A stretch of 64,000 nt of DNA from Dehalococcoidia bacterium (GTDB lineage Bacteria > Chloroflexota > Dehalococcoidia > Bin125), in NCBI GenBank assembly GCA_965261225.1, contig OZ253456.1:1813864-1877863 (forward strand). The letters are read 5' to 3'. Below are positions 29,188 through 38,533 of this stretch, one piece after another (position 1 is the first letter of the stretch; every line of letters begins with the position of its first letter). The notes below the pieces were generated by a model, which ran no database searches, had not been told where the DNA came from, and saw only the letters and a program-made list of their open reading frames with translations. The translations under genes and the position numbers were made by a program.

Positions 29188-30189
29188 TCACTGGTCACCC
29201 GGTCGCGGCCCCAGGGTTGGAATCTCTCCGTGGACGCGGATCTGCATGTCGCGCACAGTGTCGTTGCGGCGATCCTTGAAGCCCTCTCGCTCCGCCCAGA
29301 AGTAGAACGTGACAATGACGGCGAGCGCGAACATCATCGAGCCCGGCACCCACATAATTCCCGCGCCGATTCGTTGGTCGATTAGCGCGGTTGGTCCCCA
29401 TTCGCGCACCGAGGCGGCCGTGGCGTAGGTGTCGTAGATCGCTTCTCCGACATTGATCAGGATGACTCCGAGCCCAATGTTCTGCAGGATCGCAACGACC
29501 AGCAGCGCGCATCGCCAGACGTGATGGGGACGCAGGCGCGTGGCATCTACCCCGATCACCATCCACCAGAGCAGGATGGCGCCGAAGAGGAAGACGCCGT
29601 GTTCGACGAAGTGCAACGGCTCCGAAGCGATGGCGGCGTCATAGGCGGCAGGCCAATGCCAGCTCCAGACGCTCGCGATATAGACGATGATCGCGACCGG
29701 CGCCCAGGTCAGGAATCGGACTACCCGAGAATTGAGGAACGGCACCAGGTAGGTAGAGCGAATGCGGGGTGAAGCAGCCCTGAGCGCGAGGGTTGCCGGC
29801 GCTCCCAGCAGCATCAGCGGCGCCACCAGCATTGTGATGAATACGTGCTGCAGCATGTGTACCCAGAACAGATCGTCCGAGTACGTGTCGATCGGGGACA
29901 TCAGTCCCAGCAACATGAAGACCCAGCCGGCGAAGAAACACCAACCATGCCATTGAGGAAAGCGGAAGGTTGGCGAATCACGCCGCAGCCGATAGTAGCC
30001 CCAGGCGTAGAGTCCGCCCACGATCAGAACCAGCGCCAAGCCGGGAGCATCCACGCTCCAGGCGCCCAGGGCATGAAGGAAGCCGCCCGACTCGGCGTAC
30101 CGACCGTCGTGGGCCAGCGCCGCTGAGGGCGCGAGTACCGCAGCGGTCCCGCAGGCGACCGCGAGCAGCGCTCGCGGCCTGATTGTCAC
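29188..30189 (-). CDS. ctaG: caa3-type oxidase assembly factor (Caa3_CtaG family)
   Basis: SPID..SDDLFWVHMLQH, WHWP..YD, HFVEH, DQRIGAGIMWVPG. Confidence 0.92.
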   Translation of the reverse strand: MTIRPRALLAVACGTAAVLAPSAALAHDGRYAESGGFLHALGAWSVDAPGLALVLIVGGLYAWGYYRLRRDSPTFRFPQWHGWCFFAGWVFMLLGLMSPIDTYSDDLFWVHMLQHVFITMLVAPLMLLGAPATLALRAASPRIRSTYLVPFLNSRVVRFLTWAPVAIIVYIASVWSWHWPAAYDAAIASEPLHFVEHGVFLFGAILLWWMVIGVDATRLRPHHVWRCALLVVAILQNIGLGVILINVGEAIYDTYATAASVREWGPTALIDQRIGAGIMWVPGSMMFALAVIVTFYFWAEREGFKDRRNDTVRDMQIRVHGEIPTLGPRPGDQ

Positions 30190-30202
30190 TAGCCTGCCCG
30201 AG

Positions 30203-30823
30203 TCAGCTGAGGAAGAAGACGAGCGGGAAGATCACCAGCAGCCATACAAAGCCCACGAAGTGCCAGTACAGCGTGGCAGCCTCAATCGCCGTGTTGCGTT
30301 TAGCGTCGAAGTGTCCCAGCAATCCTCGCAACCACTGCGCGAAGATGAATACGAGACCGCCGATCACGTGGGCGCCGTGGAAGCCGGTGAGCGTGTAGAA
30401 GGTCGCCGCGTACGGGCCGTCGGAGATGCCGAATCCGGCGTGCTGCCACTCGAAGTACTGGTTGACGATGAAGGCAATGCCAATCACCAGCACAATTGCC
30501 ATGCTGATGATCATCGCCTTGCGATTGCCCTTGCGGATCGAGAAGGCGGCTATCTGCATCGGGATGGAGGTACTGACCAGCAGGATCGTGAACAGAATCG
30601 GCCGCAACTCTGCGCCTTCGAGCCGGTGCGCGCCGTTGGTCGGCTCCCAGAAGAGGGTGTCGCTGTGCAAGGCGAGCATCGCCGCGATCAGTCCGGCAAA
30701 GAACATGATCTCGGAGAAGATGAAGAAGATGATGCCCCACAGGCCGGTCGTCATTGGCTCGTCGCCGACGAGGAAGCTGCGCACGGGGTGTACCCGCTTG
30801 TGAGTGATGGCTCCTGCTGCCAT
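30203..30823 (-). CDS. ctaE: Cytochrome c oxidase subunit III (short, 5-TM form)
   Basis: FIFSEIMFF, FYTLTGFHGAHV, YWHFV..VW. Confidence 0.94.
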   Translation of the reverse strand: MAAGAITHKRVHPVRSFLVGDEPMTTGLWGIIFFIFSEIMFFAGLIAAMLALHSDTLFWEPTNGAHRLEGAELRPILFTILLVSTSIPMQIAAFSIRKGNRKAMIISMAIVLVIGIAFIVNQYFEWQHAGFGISDGPYAATFYTLTGFHGAHVIGGLVFIFAQWLRGLLGHFDAKRNTAIEAATLYWHFVGFVWLLVIFPLVFFLS

Positions 30824-30825
30824 GA

Positions 30826-32565
30826 CTAACTCTCCTCCCGCCTGGACGCAGAGGGCGTCTTCGCGCCGCTTCCTCCGTTGTGCCCGTTGCGCCCGTTGTT
30901 GACGTGGTAGTGCGGGTCGTCCTGCAGCTTCTCACCGAAGCGCAGGTCGAAGAGCGGTCGCTCGGAGCGAATCTCGGGCAGTGAGTCGAAGTTGTGCGGC
31001 GGCGGCGGTGAGGTGGTCGCCCACTCGAGCGTGGTGCCTTCCCACGGGTCGGAGCCGGCGCGCTCGCCCCACTTGACTGAGTAGAAGACGTTGTAGATGA
31101 AGACCATCATGCCGGCGGCGGAGACGAATGCGCCAATCGTGATCAGCATGTTCATCAGCTCCCAGCCGGGGTTGTCGACGTAGTCGTTGATCCGGCGCGG
31201 CATGCCATCGAGGCCGAGCAGGAGCTGAGTGAAGAAGACCAGGTTGACGCCAATGAAGACCAGCCAGAAGTGCAGCTTGCCCAGTCCTTCGTTCATGAAC
31301 TTGCCGAAGATCTTGGGGAACCAGTAGTAGCAACCGGCGAGGAAGCCGAACGTCGCGGCGATCGACATCGTGTAGTGGAAGTGGCCGACGACGAAGTAGG
31401 TGTCGTGGAGGGCGAAGTCGACGGGAACCGCAGCGTGGAAGACGCCGGTGATTCCGCCGATCAGGAAGAGCATCAGGAAACCGACGCTGAAGAGCATCGC
31501 GGTCGGGAAGATGTTCGAGCCGCGCCACATGGTAGCGATCCAGTTGAACATCTTGACGCCGGTTGGGATGGCAATCAGGAAGGTCGCGCCCATGAAGAAG
31601 GGCAGGAAGACGCCGCCGGTTGTGAACATGTGGTGGGCCCAGACGATGAACCCGAGCAAGCCAATACCGATCAGCGCCAGGACCATCGAGCGATAGCCGA
31701 AGACCGGGCGTCGGGTGAATACACCGAACACGTCGGAGACGATGCCCATGGCGGGCAGGATCATGATGTAGACGGCTGGATGCGAATAGAACCAGAACAG
31801 GTTCTGCCAGAGCAGTGGCTGTCCGCCGGCGGCCGGGTCGAAGAAGGCTCCGCCGGCGCCATTGCGGTCGATGAAACCGAGCGCCAAGGCCGCGGCGAGG
31901 ACCGGGGTCGAGAGCAGGATCAGCAGTCCGGTGACGAGTGTGGTCCAGGTGAACAGCGGCAAACGCCACATGGTCATCCCGGGCGCACGCATCTTGAAGA
32001 TCGTGACCAAGAAGTTCACGGAACCGAAGATGGCCGCCTGACCCAACAGGATGACACCGACCAACCACATGTCCATCCCGGCGCCGGGCGGTTGGGCGTT
32101 GTTGCCGGTGTCGAGCGTGATGGGCGGGTAAGCAGTCCAACCCGCGGCGGCAGTTCCGCCCTCGACGGCGAAACTGAGCGTCAGCAGCACTCCGCCGAAC
32201 AGGAAGATCCAGAACGAGAGCGCGTTGATGCGCGGGAACGCCATGTCGAGCGCGCCGATTTGCAGCGGCATCGCGTAGTTCATGAACGCTGCGCCAATCG
32301 GCAGCAGGAAAAGGAAGATCATCACGCTGCCGTGCATCGTGAAGATCGAGTTGTAGGTCTCGGCCGAGATGATGGTGCCGGTCTGCGCGAGCTCGGTGCG
32401 CATGACCAGTGAGAATGCCATGCCGACGAGTCCGAATGCGCCGGCCGTCCAGAGGTACATGATCCCGATCCTCTTGTGGTCGACCGTGGTCAACCATTCG
32501 AGGATCGTGCGCCAGACATTTGCGCCTGCATATGGTGTGGTCTGAGCCCCCGCCAGTGTCGCCAT
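30826..32565 (-). CDS. ctaD: Cytochrome c oxidase subunit I, A2 type
   Basis: DHKRIG, TMHG, WFYSHPAVY (YS motif), VWAHHMF, HDTYFVVGHFHY, GMPRR. Confidence 0.97.
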   Translation of the reverse strand: MATLAGAQTTPYAGANVWRTILEWLTTVDHKRIGIMYLWTAGAFGLVGMAFSLVMRTELAQTGTIISAETYNSIFTMHGSVMIFLFLLPIGAAFMNYAMPLQIGALDMAFPRINALSFWIFLFGGVLLTLSFAVEGGTAAAGWTAYPPITLDTGNNAQPPGAGMDMWLVGVILLGQAAIFGSVNFLVTIFKMRAPGMTMWRLPLFTWTTLVTGLLILLSTPVLAAALALGFIDRNGAGGAFFDPAAGGQPLLWQNLFWFYSHPAVYIMILPAMGIVSDVFGVFTRRPVFGYRSMVLALIGIGLLGFIVWAHHMFTTGGVFLPFFMGATFLIAIPTGVKMFNWIATMWRGSNIFPTAMLFSVGFLMLFLIGGITGVFHAAVPVDFALHDTYFVVGHFHYTMSIAATFGFLAGCYYWFPKIFGKFMNEGLGKLHFWLVFIGVNLVFFTQLLLGLDGMPRRINDYVDNPGWELMNMLITIGAFVSAAGMMVFIYNVFYSVKWGERAGSDPWEGTTLEWATTSPPPPHNFDSLPEIRSERPLFDLRFGEKLQDDPHYHVNNGRNGHNGGSGAKTPSASRREES

Positions 32566-32608
32566 CGTGATGCCTCCCTCTGCGTCGTCGCGTGCGCCGT
32601 AGACGGGG

Positions 32609-33961
32609 CTAGCCGCCGGCCTCGATCAGTTCAGCCAGTTTGCTGGGGATTTCGTCTGCTGCGTGCGGCCGTTCGACCGTCTGCAGCCAGGCGTAGATGT
32701 CGGCAACATCGTCGTCGGAGACCTGATCCGGCGGGAATGCGGTCATGGCCTCGAGCGGCTCGCGATACTGCTGGACAACACGCTCGAGCGGAACAACCGT
32801 CATCGCGATCGTTGGACCGACGAGGCCCTCGCCGCGGTCGCCGTGGCAGACGTTGCAGCCCAGCGAGAAGAAGAGGTTCTGTCCGTTGGCCGGGTTGCCG
32901 ATGGCGCCCTCCTCCAGCTCGACCTCTTCCTCGCCGCCGAAGTCGCCCTCGATCGGCTCGGGTGCGTCGCCCGCCTTGTCCTCGAACCAGGCGTGGTAGT
33001 CGGCCATCGACAACGCCCTGACCGTGTAGATCATTCGTGCATGGTCACGGCCGCAGAATTCGGCGCATTGGCTCTGGAAATCACCGGCTTCCGTGATCCG
33101 GATCCACAACGTCTGCACGCGCCCGGGGACCGCGTCGAGCTTGGTCAGGAACTGCGGCGTGTAGAAGGCGTGGAGCACGTCTGCCGAGGCGATATTGAAG
33201 CGAATCATCTGACCAACCGGGACGGTCACAACTGGCGTGTTGTCGGCGGCCTGGAGACGACCCTCGGGGACGGTATCGGTGCCGTTGAAGACACGCATGA
33301 CCTCGAAGCCGGCGCTGTGCCGGATGGCGACCGTGCCGTTGACCGCCCGCTCGACGGTGACGACATCGCCCGTCCGAGCGACGACGCGCATGTGCTCAAC
33401 GCCCATCTTCAAGGTGACGAACGGGACCACGAGGGATGGATCCTCAAGATGAATCTCGGTCTCGGCCAGGTCGGCGGACATACTTTCGGCCAGCTCAGTA
33501 CCGAGCGGGACCGCGTAGTTGAACGCCCAGGCCCACTGTCGGCCCTGGACATCGACGATGGTGACTTCCTCCTCGGGATCAGCTGCCGCCTGAATGTCCT
33601 GCAGGACGAAGAACGAGACGAAGAACAGGATCACGACGATGACGGTTGGGATGCCGGTCCAGAGGATTTCGGCGGTGGCGTTGTGTGCGACCTGCGTGGG
33701 CAGTTCATCGTCGGATTTGCGCTTGTAGCGGAAGACGACCCAGAGGATCATCGCTTCGACGATGATGAAGACGATCAAGCCAATGGCAAGGAAAATGAAG
33801 TAGAGCGTGCGGATCGAATCGCCTTGTTCGGAGACCGATTGGGGTGGGGCGACCTGCGCACCGGCCAAACCCGAGAGAGCGAGCAGCGCCAGGGCGGTCG
33901 CGCCCATGACCAGCGTCAGCCGACCGAATCGCGTTCGCCACAACCGTTGAAATGCCGTCAC
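32609..33961 (-). CDS. ctaC: Cytochrome c oxidase subunit II with inserted domain and fused cytochrome c
   Basis: EILWT, QWAW.F.Y, DVLHAF, CAEFCGRDHARM (CuA), CNVCH heme c. Confidence 0.94.
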   Translation of the reverse strand: MTAFQRLWRTRFGRLTLVMGATALALLALSGLAGAQVAPPQSVSEQGDSIRTLYFIFLAIGLIVFIIVEAMILWVVFRYKRKSDDELPTQVAHNATAEILWTGIPTVIVVILFFVSFFVLQDIQAAADPEEEVTIVDVQGRQWAWAFNYAVPLGTELAESMSADLAETEIHLEDPSLVVPFVTLKMGVEHMRVVARTGDVVTVERAVNGTVAIRHSAGFEVMRVFNGTDTVPEGRLQAADNTPVVTVPVGQMIRFNIASADVLHAFYTPQFLTKLDAVPGRVQTLWIRITEAGDFQSQCAEFCGRDHARMIYTVRALSMADYHAWFEDKAGDAPEPIEGDFGGEEEVELEEGAIGNPANGQNLFFSLGCNVCHGDRGEGLVGPTIAMTVVPLERVVQQYREPLEAMTAFPPDQVSDDDVADIYAWLQTVERPHAADEIPSKLAELIEAGG

Positions 33962-34030
33962 GCGCCCGCTCCCTTCTCTCCCTGTTTCAGCCCTGTTTCA
34001 GCACTATTCGTCGTCGTTACTTCGTCGTCG

Positions 34031-35179
34031 TTACCCGGCGCCGTCTGCGCCTGCGCGGTGCATCAACGGCGCGTCCGAGTCGCGGTCGTCATGGTGGTCG
34101 TCGTGTGCTGGCTCCTCAAAGGACTTGATGTCCTCCAGGAACCAACCGACGCCACCAAACACAATCAGGGTAATTCCAGCCCCCAATACGTAGGAGGTGA
34201 AGACCGCGCCCGCCGCCGTCATCATCAGGCCGATGGCAAAGATAATCGGAGAGATGCTCGGCGGTGGCATGTGAATGCCAGGTGGTGGAGACACGTCGGG
34301 CATGATCTTCAACGGATGCTGCCGAAACTCGGCGGGGCCGCCCGCTTCGAAGTAGCCCATGTCTTCCAGTAACCAGCGAACCGCCGAGATGATAATCAGG
34401 GTGATACCGACGCCCAGCAGTTCGCCGACAAACACGGCGCCGGCAGCCGTCATAATCAGACCTAGTGCAAACAACACGGGCGCGAGACTTGGCGGCGGAA
34501 GATGCGACTCGGGCGCGTCGTGCGCGCCGTGTCCGTGCTCGTCTGCCAGGCCCGACGCCAGGCCCGACGCCAGCGCCAGCGTGGCGGCCGGCTGTTGAGC
34601 CGGAGCAGCGAGCGCCGGCACATCGCCGGTGCGTGACGCCGGCAGCGGCTGGAGGTAGCTGTCGGCTACGACCTTGCGTTCGTTTCGGTAGGCCATCGGC
34701 CGCAGGGCCGGTGGCAGCAGCCCGGCGATGGGCTTGAACAGGTCGGGACCGCTGTAGGCCTGCTGCAGATCGAGGCCGAAGCTGGCCGGCCGCTGCCGGT
34801 AGGCGATCAGCCTGTGCAGCTTGATTCCGTTGATTCGGCAGAGTCGGATGGCCCGTCCGCTCTGTCCCATGGGGACATAGAGGACTAAGGGCGCCGCCTG
34901 AGCCAGCGGCTTCCAGCGCTCAATCGCAGTTTGATTCGTGACTTCATGGGTCAGCGCAAGGTCGCCGGCGAGGGCGATAAAGTGTCCGGGCTCGTCCGTG
35001 ACAACGATGTCGGGGTACAGCCAGCCACCCGACCTGACTCGCACGCCCATCTGTTCTTCAGGGAAGTTGGTCGTGACTTCGCGATCAGGGAACTCGTCGT
35101 TGGGATAGCCGTACGACGCCTCAGCGATCTGCTGAAGGACGTTCCCGCGCTTCTGCCTCGCCGATTCCAGCGTGGGCAT
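34031..35179 (-). CDS. Putative oxidase accessory subunit: soluble domain plus duplicated HxPPPS TM hairpin
   Basis: HLPPPSLAP...WLLED and HMPPPSISP...WFLED repeats; His-rich tracts; first gene of the cta operon. Confidence 0.7.
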   Translation of the reverse strand: MPTLESARQKRGNVLQQIAEASYGYPNDEFPDREVTTNFPEEQMGVRVRSGGWLYPDIVVTDEPGHFIALAGDLALTHEVTNQTAIERWKPLAQAAPLVLYVPMGQSGRAIRLCRINGIKLHRLIAYRQRPASFGLDLQQAYSGPDLFKPIAGLLPPALRPMAYRNERKVVADSYLQPLPASRTGDVPALAAPAQQPAATLALASGLASGLADEHGHGAHDAPESHLPPPSLAPVLFALGLIMTAAGAVFVGELLGVGITLIIISAVRWLLEDMGYFEAGGPAEFRQHPLKIMPDVSPPPGIHMPPPSISPIIFAIGLMMTAAGAVFTSYVLGAGITLIVFGGVGWFLEDIKSFEEPAHDDHHDDRDSDAPLMHRAGADGAG

Positions 35180-35204
35180 TGCCGTCTGTTCGCCTCTCGC
35201 TCAG

Positions 35205-35228
35205 CCGCGCCCCAGGCATGGGGCGCGG
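35205..35228. terminator. GC-rich hairpin (citrate synthase terminator or cta operon leader structure)
   Basis: CCGCGCCCCA-ggca-TGGGGCGCGG; no U tract. Confidence 0.4.
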
Positions 35229-35320
35229 TCGATCTCCGATCCTAACCCAGCCCTGCGACAGTGGCTATCCCCTCAAGCTGACTTGAGTCCCAGGAGTCCA
35301 CAGATTTCGCAACCCGACTG

Positions 35321-36490
35321 CTAGCTGGAGAGCGATCGAGCCGGCTGGTTGACGGGAATGTAGCGAGGCCGATAGATCGCCACGCCGCGACCATTGCGCG
35401 CGCGTGTGCGCTCGTCAACGATCTGAGCGCCGATCCCGGCGATCCGCGACCAACCGAACAGCGTCGTGTAGTAGTCAGGGTCGGTGAAGCCCAGGGCATG
35501 GACCAGGCTGCCGGAAATCAGGTCGACGTTCGGGTACGGGTTCGAGACCTTCGGGTTCTCGCTCAGCACCTTGATCCCGGCTTCGCGAACCGCCTTGACC
35601 ACGTTGAACCAATAGTCGTCGGGGCAGAGTTCCTCGCCGACGCCCAACTGGACCTTGGCCCGTGGGTCTTCTCGGCGCAGAACCGCGTGGCCGAATCCGA
35701 AGATGAGCCCGCCGCCGGCCAGACGTTTGCGTAGAATCTCCGTCGCTACTTCGTGGTCGGTCGTGTTGACGTCGCGCACCATTTTGAAGGCGTCCTGGTT
35801 GGCCATGCCGTGCCGTGGCCCGGCAAGCGCGTTCATGCCCGACGTCATCGAGCGATACATGTCGGCCAGGCCTGAGGCCACTGCACGACCGGTGAAGGTC
35901 GAGAGGTTGCCGCCGCCGTGGTCGGCGTGCAGGTTGTAATAGACCGACAGCAGACGGGTCAGCGCTTCCTCGTCGCCACCGGGCATGCCCAGCATGTGGA
36001 CGAAGTTGTTCACGTAGCCGCGTGCGGGTTCCGAGGGAATCGGGTCGCCCCAGCCTTCACGGTTGCGGAAGATGGCCGCGAGCGCGGCTGGCGTCCGGGC
36101 GACCAGGTTGAGCGCATCCTCGTAGTAGTCATCGGTCTTGCCAGTCATACCCAGGATCTGGATGGCGGCGCAGAACTGGTCCATCGGATGGCCGGATGGC
36201 GGCAGCGCCGAGATTGCGGCCACTGCCTCCTCAGATACCTCAGAACGCTCTGCGATGTCATCGGCAACAGCCTGGCGCTCGACGTCAGTCGGCAGCGTTT
36301 TGTTGAACAACAGATGGATGATGTCCTCGGACGGCAGGAAAGCCAGTTCGGCGATCGGGTAGCCGACGTAGGAAACACCCTCTTGCGGGTCGACGTAGCT
36401 GGTTTCGCAGGTACCCACCGGATAGCCGCGCAGGCCTGTATCGAGATTGGCGTTGGTGATCGTGAACTCAATCGTCGGAATGTCAGGCAC
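35321..36490 (-). CDS. gltA: Citrate synthase, eukaryote-like type
   Basis: GLRGYPVG, GHPMDQF, HADHGGGNLS, LAGPRHGMANQ, GFGHAVLR.EDPR, YPNVD; RBS supports GTG 36490. Confidence 0.9.
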   Translation of the reverse strand: MPDIPTIEFTITNANLDTGLRGYPVGTCETSYVDPQEGVSYVGYPIAELAFLPSEDIIHLLFNKTLPTDVERQAVADDIAERSEVSEEAVAAISALPPSGHPMDQFCAAIQILGMTGKTDDYYEDALNLVARTPAALAAIFRNREGWGDPIPSEPARGYVNNFVHMLGMPGGDEEALTRLLSVYYNLHADHGGGNLSTFTGRAVASGLADMYRSMTSGMNALAGPRHGMANQDAFKMVRDVNTTDHEVATEILRKRLAGGGLIFGFGHAVLRREDPRAKVQLGVGEELCPDDYWFNVVKAVREAGIKVLSENPKVSNPYPNVDLISGSLVHALGFTDPDYYTTLFGWSRIAGIGAQIVDERTRARNGRGVAIYRPRYIPVNQPARSLSS

Positions 36491-36613
36491 CGGCGTCCCT
36501 TTCTCCGCGCGCACCGTGAGGTAGTGGATGGACACCGCGTCCCGGTGCGCACGGGAGGCGGCACATCTCGCTCGTGTTGCGTCTCGCTTCGACTGCCGGC
36601 CGGGTGTGGCCGA

Positions 36614-37645
36614 TTAGCCATTGACCGCGAGCAGGCGGAACCGTTTGCGACCGTTGGGGGCCTGGATTTCGATCTGCCGGTCGGCAGTTTGGTCGAGTAA
36701 TCCACGACCGAGCGGACTCTCAACCGAAATCCGCCGCGCCGCGGCATTCGCTTCGGTGGTTCCAACCAGAGTGTACTCTCTGGCTTCGCCCAGCAAGCCG
36801 CCGTCATCGTCGACTTCGACGACCGAAACGAGGCTGCCCAACTTCGCCCGACCGGTCGCTCGCCCACCGCCGACCGCAGCGTGCGCAATTTGGTACTCGA
36901 GCTCGTCGATCCGTGATTTGAGGCGCTCCTGATGCTCGCGTGCAGCCTCAAGCGGAGCGTTTTCGCGGATATCCTTGTCCTCGCGCGCAGCGGCCACAGC
37001 CTGGATCGCCTCGGGCATCTCCGCGTTGAGCTGTTCCAGTTCGTCTTTCAGTGACTGGAGCCCGGCGGCGGTCATTTCAAAGGTCTGCGCCTGTTCGTGC
37101 TGGAACCGAGACCCGGCACGAACCACACCGGCGGCACGCTTAATCCGCAGGTAATTGCCCAGGTTCTGCGCGCTGGCCTGGCCCTCGGCATCGACGGTGA
37201 CCGTGTATTCCTGCTTCCAGCAATAGCGCAAGAATTCCTTAACCGGCTGCAGGCGCGACGCGAGATCCATGGCATTGGCGCCGATCGTCTCCTGAAAGCC
37301 CTCCATCGTCTTGGGCGAGAGTTCCGAGATCGGCGTGGTCGGACCGAAGTGCCAGAGAAAGCGCGTGACCGCTTCACGCGCCGGCTCGTCGAGGACAAAT
37401 GCGCCGCGGCGGGGCCGGGTCACAGTGGTCGTCTTGCGACGCGAGCGCTTGGCCTCCCGCTCTTCCTCCCAGTTGAAGTATTCCATCACCGCCAGGTCCA
37501 ACGTCATCGACTGCGCGGCCGGGCCGGAACCGTTGCCAGGCTGTGCGGCAAATGGCTCATCAAAGACCTCGGTGTCACCCTCCACCACATCATCCACGAG
37601 TTCTTCCACCGCGTCGGCTGTCTGATCGTCGTCAAAGAATGCCAT
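36614..37645 (-). CDS. greA: Transcription elongation factor GreA with ~190-aa N-terminal extension
   Basis: MTAAGLQSLKDEL, KDIRENAPLEAAR, GSLVSV, YTLVG..EAN, ISVESPLG.GL, APNG. Confidence 0.88.
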   Translation of the reverse strand: MAFFDDDQTADAVEELVDDVVEGDTEVFDEPFAAQPGNGSGPAAQSMTLDLAVMEYFNWEEEREAKRSRRKTTTVTRPRRGAFVLDEPAREAVTRFLWHFGPTTPISELSPKTMEGFQETIGANAMDLASRLQPVKEFLRYCWKQEYTVTVDAEGQASAQNLGNYLRIKRAAGVVRAGSRFQHEQAQTFEMTAAGLQSLKDELEQLNAEMPEAIQAVAAAREDKDIRENAPLEAAREHQERLKSRIDELEYQIAHAAVGGGRATGRAKLGSLVSVVEVDDDGGLLGEAREYTLVGTTEANAAARRISVESPLGRGLLDQTADRQIEIQAPNGRKRFRLLAVNG

Positions 37646-37761
37646 CAGTCGTCTCCAACTATCGAGCAGCTATCGAGTCGTTCCTTGCTTCAATCGCGCA
37701 CGACACGCGACACGAGCAGAGCGTCACCCAGCTCCGATACCCCTATCCTACTCCCTTGCCT

Positions 37762-38499
37762 ATGTCGTACCTGATAGACCAACGCCAGATTCAAGAGGCA
37801 CTTGGCCGTGCAGGCCTAAGTTATGTGGTGGATCTGAATCCCCATCTGCCCGCGCAGCTGAGCGTATGGCTGACCATGGTGCTGGAGGCGCCTCGTAATC
37901 TCACCGGGATCCGAGAGCCTGAGCAAGCCATCCTCAAGCACATCATCGAGCCGTTGCAGGGCCGCCATCGCCTGATCGGCGCTGATCTGCCGGTGCCGCA
38001 CGGTCCCATGATCGACATCGGCAGCGGCAACGGCGCACCGGGTTTGCCAATCGCCCTCTGCGAGCCGGAACGAGAGGTGACGCTACTGGACTCCCGATCG
38101 GGTGTCACCGGCTTCCTCAATGAGATCATCGTCCTACTCGACGCACCGCAGATCAGCGTGCGTCAGGAGCGGGCCGAGATTGCCGCGCACACTGATCTGC
38201 GTTCCCAGTTCTCGTTGGCGCTGAGTCGTGCGCTTGCTCCTCCCCCGGCGGCGTTGGAGCTGATGATTCCGTTTCTGCAGATTGGTGGAATCGCGGCCGC
38301 GTGGACAGGAGAGCTCTCCGACGCCGTAATGGAACGCGTCGAGCAGACGGCTCGCGAGCTGGGCGCGGAGATCACCCCCATCGATCCGCCGCATGACATC
38401 CTGGTCGCGACCAAGGTCCGCGCCACGGATGTCCGGTATCCGCGATCCTGGGCCCAAATACGCCGGCGACCGTTGTCCGCGATACGGTCTCGCCACTGA
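37762..38499 (+). CDS. rsmG: 16S rRNA m7G527 methyltransferase
   Basis: NLTGI...HI, DIGSGNGAPGLPIA, ERAE, SRAL, YPR. Confidence 0.88.
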   Translation: MSYLIDQRQIQEALGRAGLSYVVDLNPHLPAQLSVWLTMVLEAPRNLTGIREPEQAILKHIIEPLQGRHRLIGADLPVPHGPMIDIGSGNGAPGLPIALCEPEREVTLLDSRSGVTGFLNEIIVLLDAPQISVRQERAEIAAHTDLRSQFSLALSRALAPPPAALELMIPFLQIGGIAAAWTGELSDAVMERVEQTARELGAEITPIDPPHDILVATKVRATDVRYPRSWAQIRRRPLSAIRSRH

Positions 38500-38533
38500 C
38501 AGCGTGCCAGGATTGCCCGTACCCTGACTGGGC

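Noticed and set aside
32663-34372. Long antisense ORFs (569 aa here; also 30932-32497 in an alternate frame and 31270-32412)
   Set aside because: Shadows of real genes caused by GC-rich codon bias; no protein-like motifs
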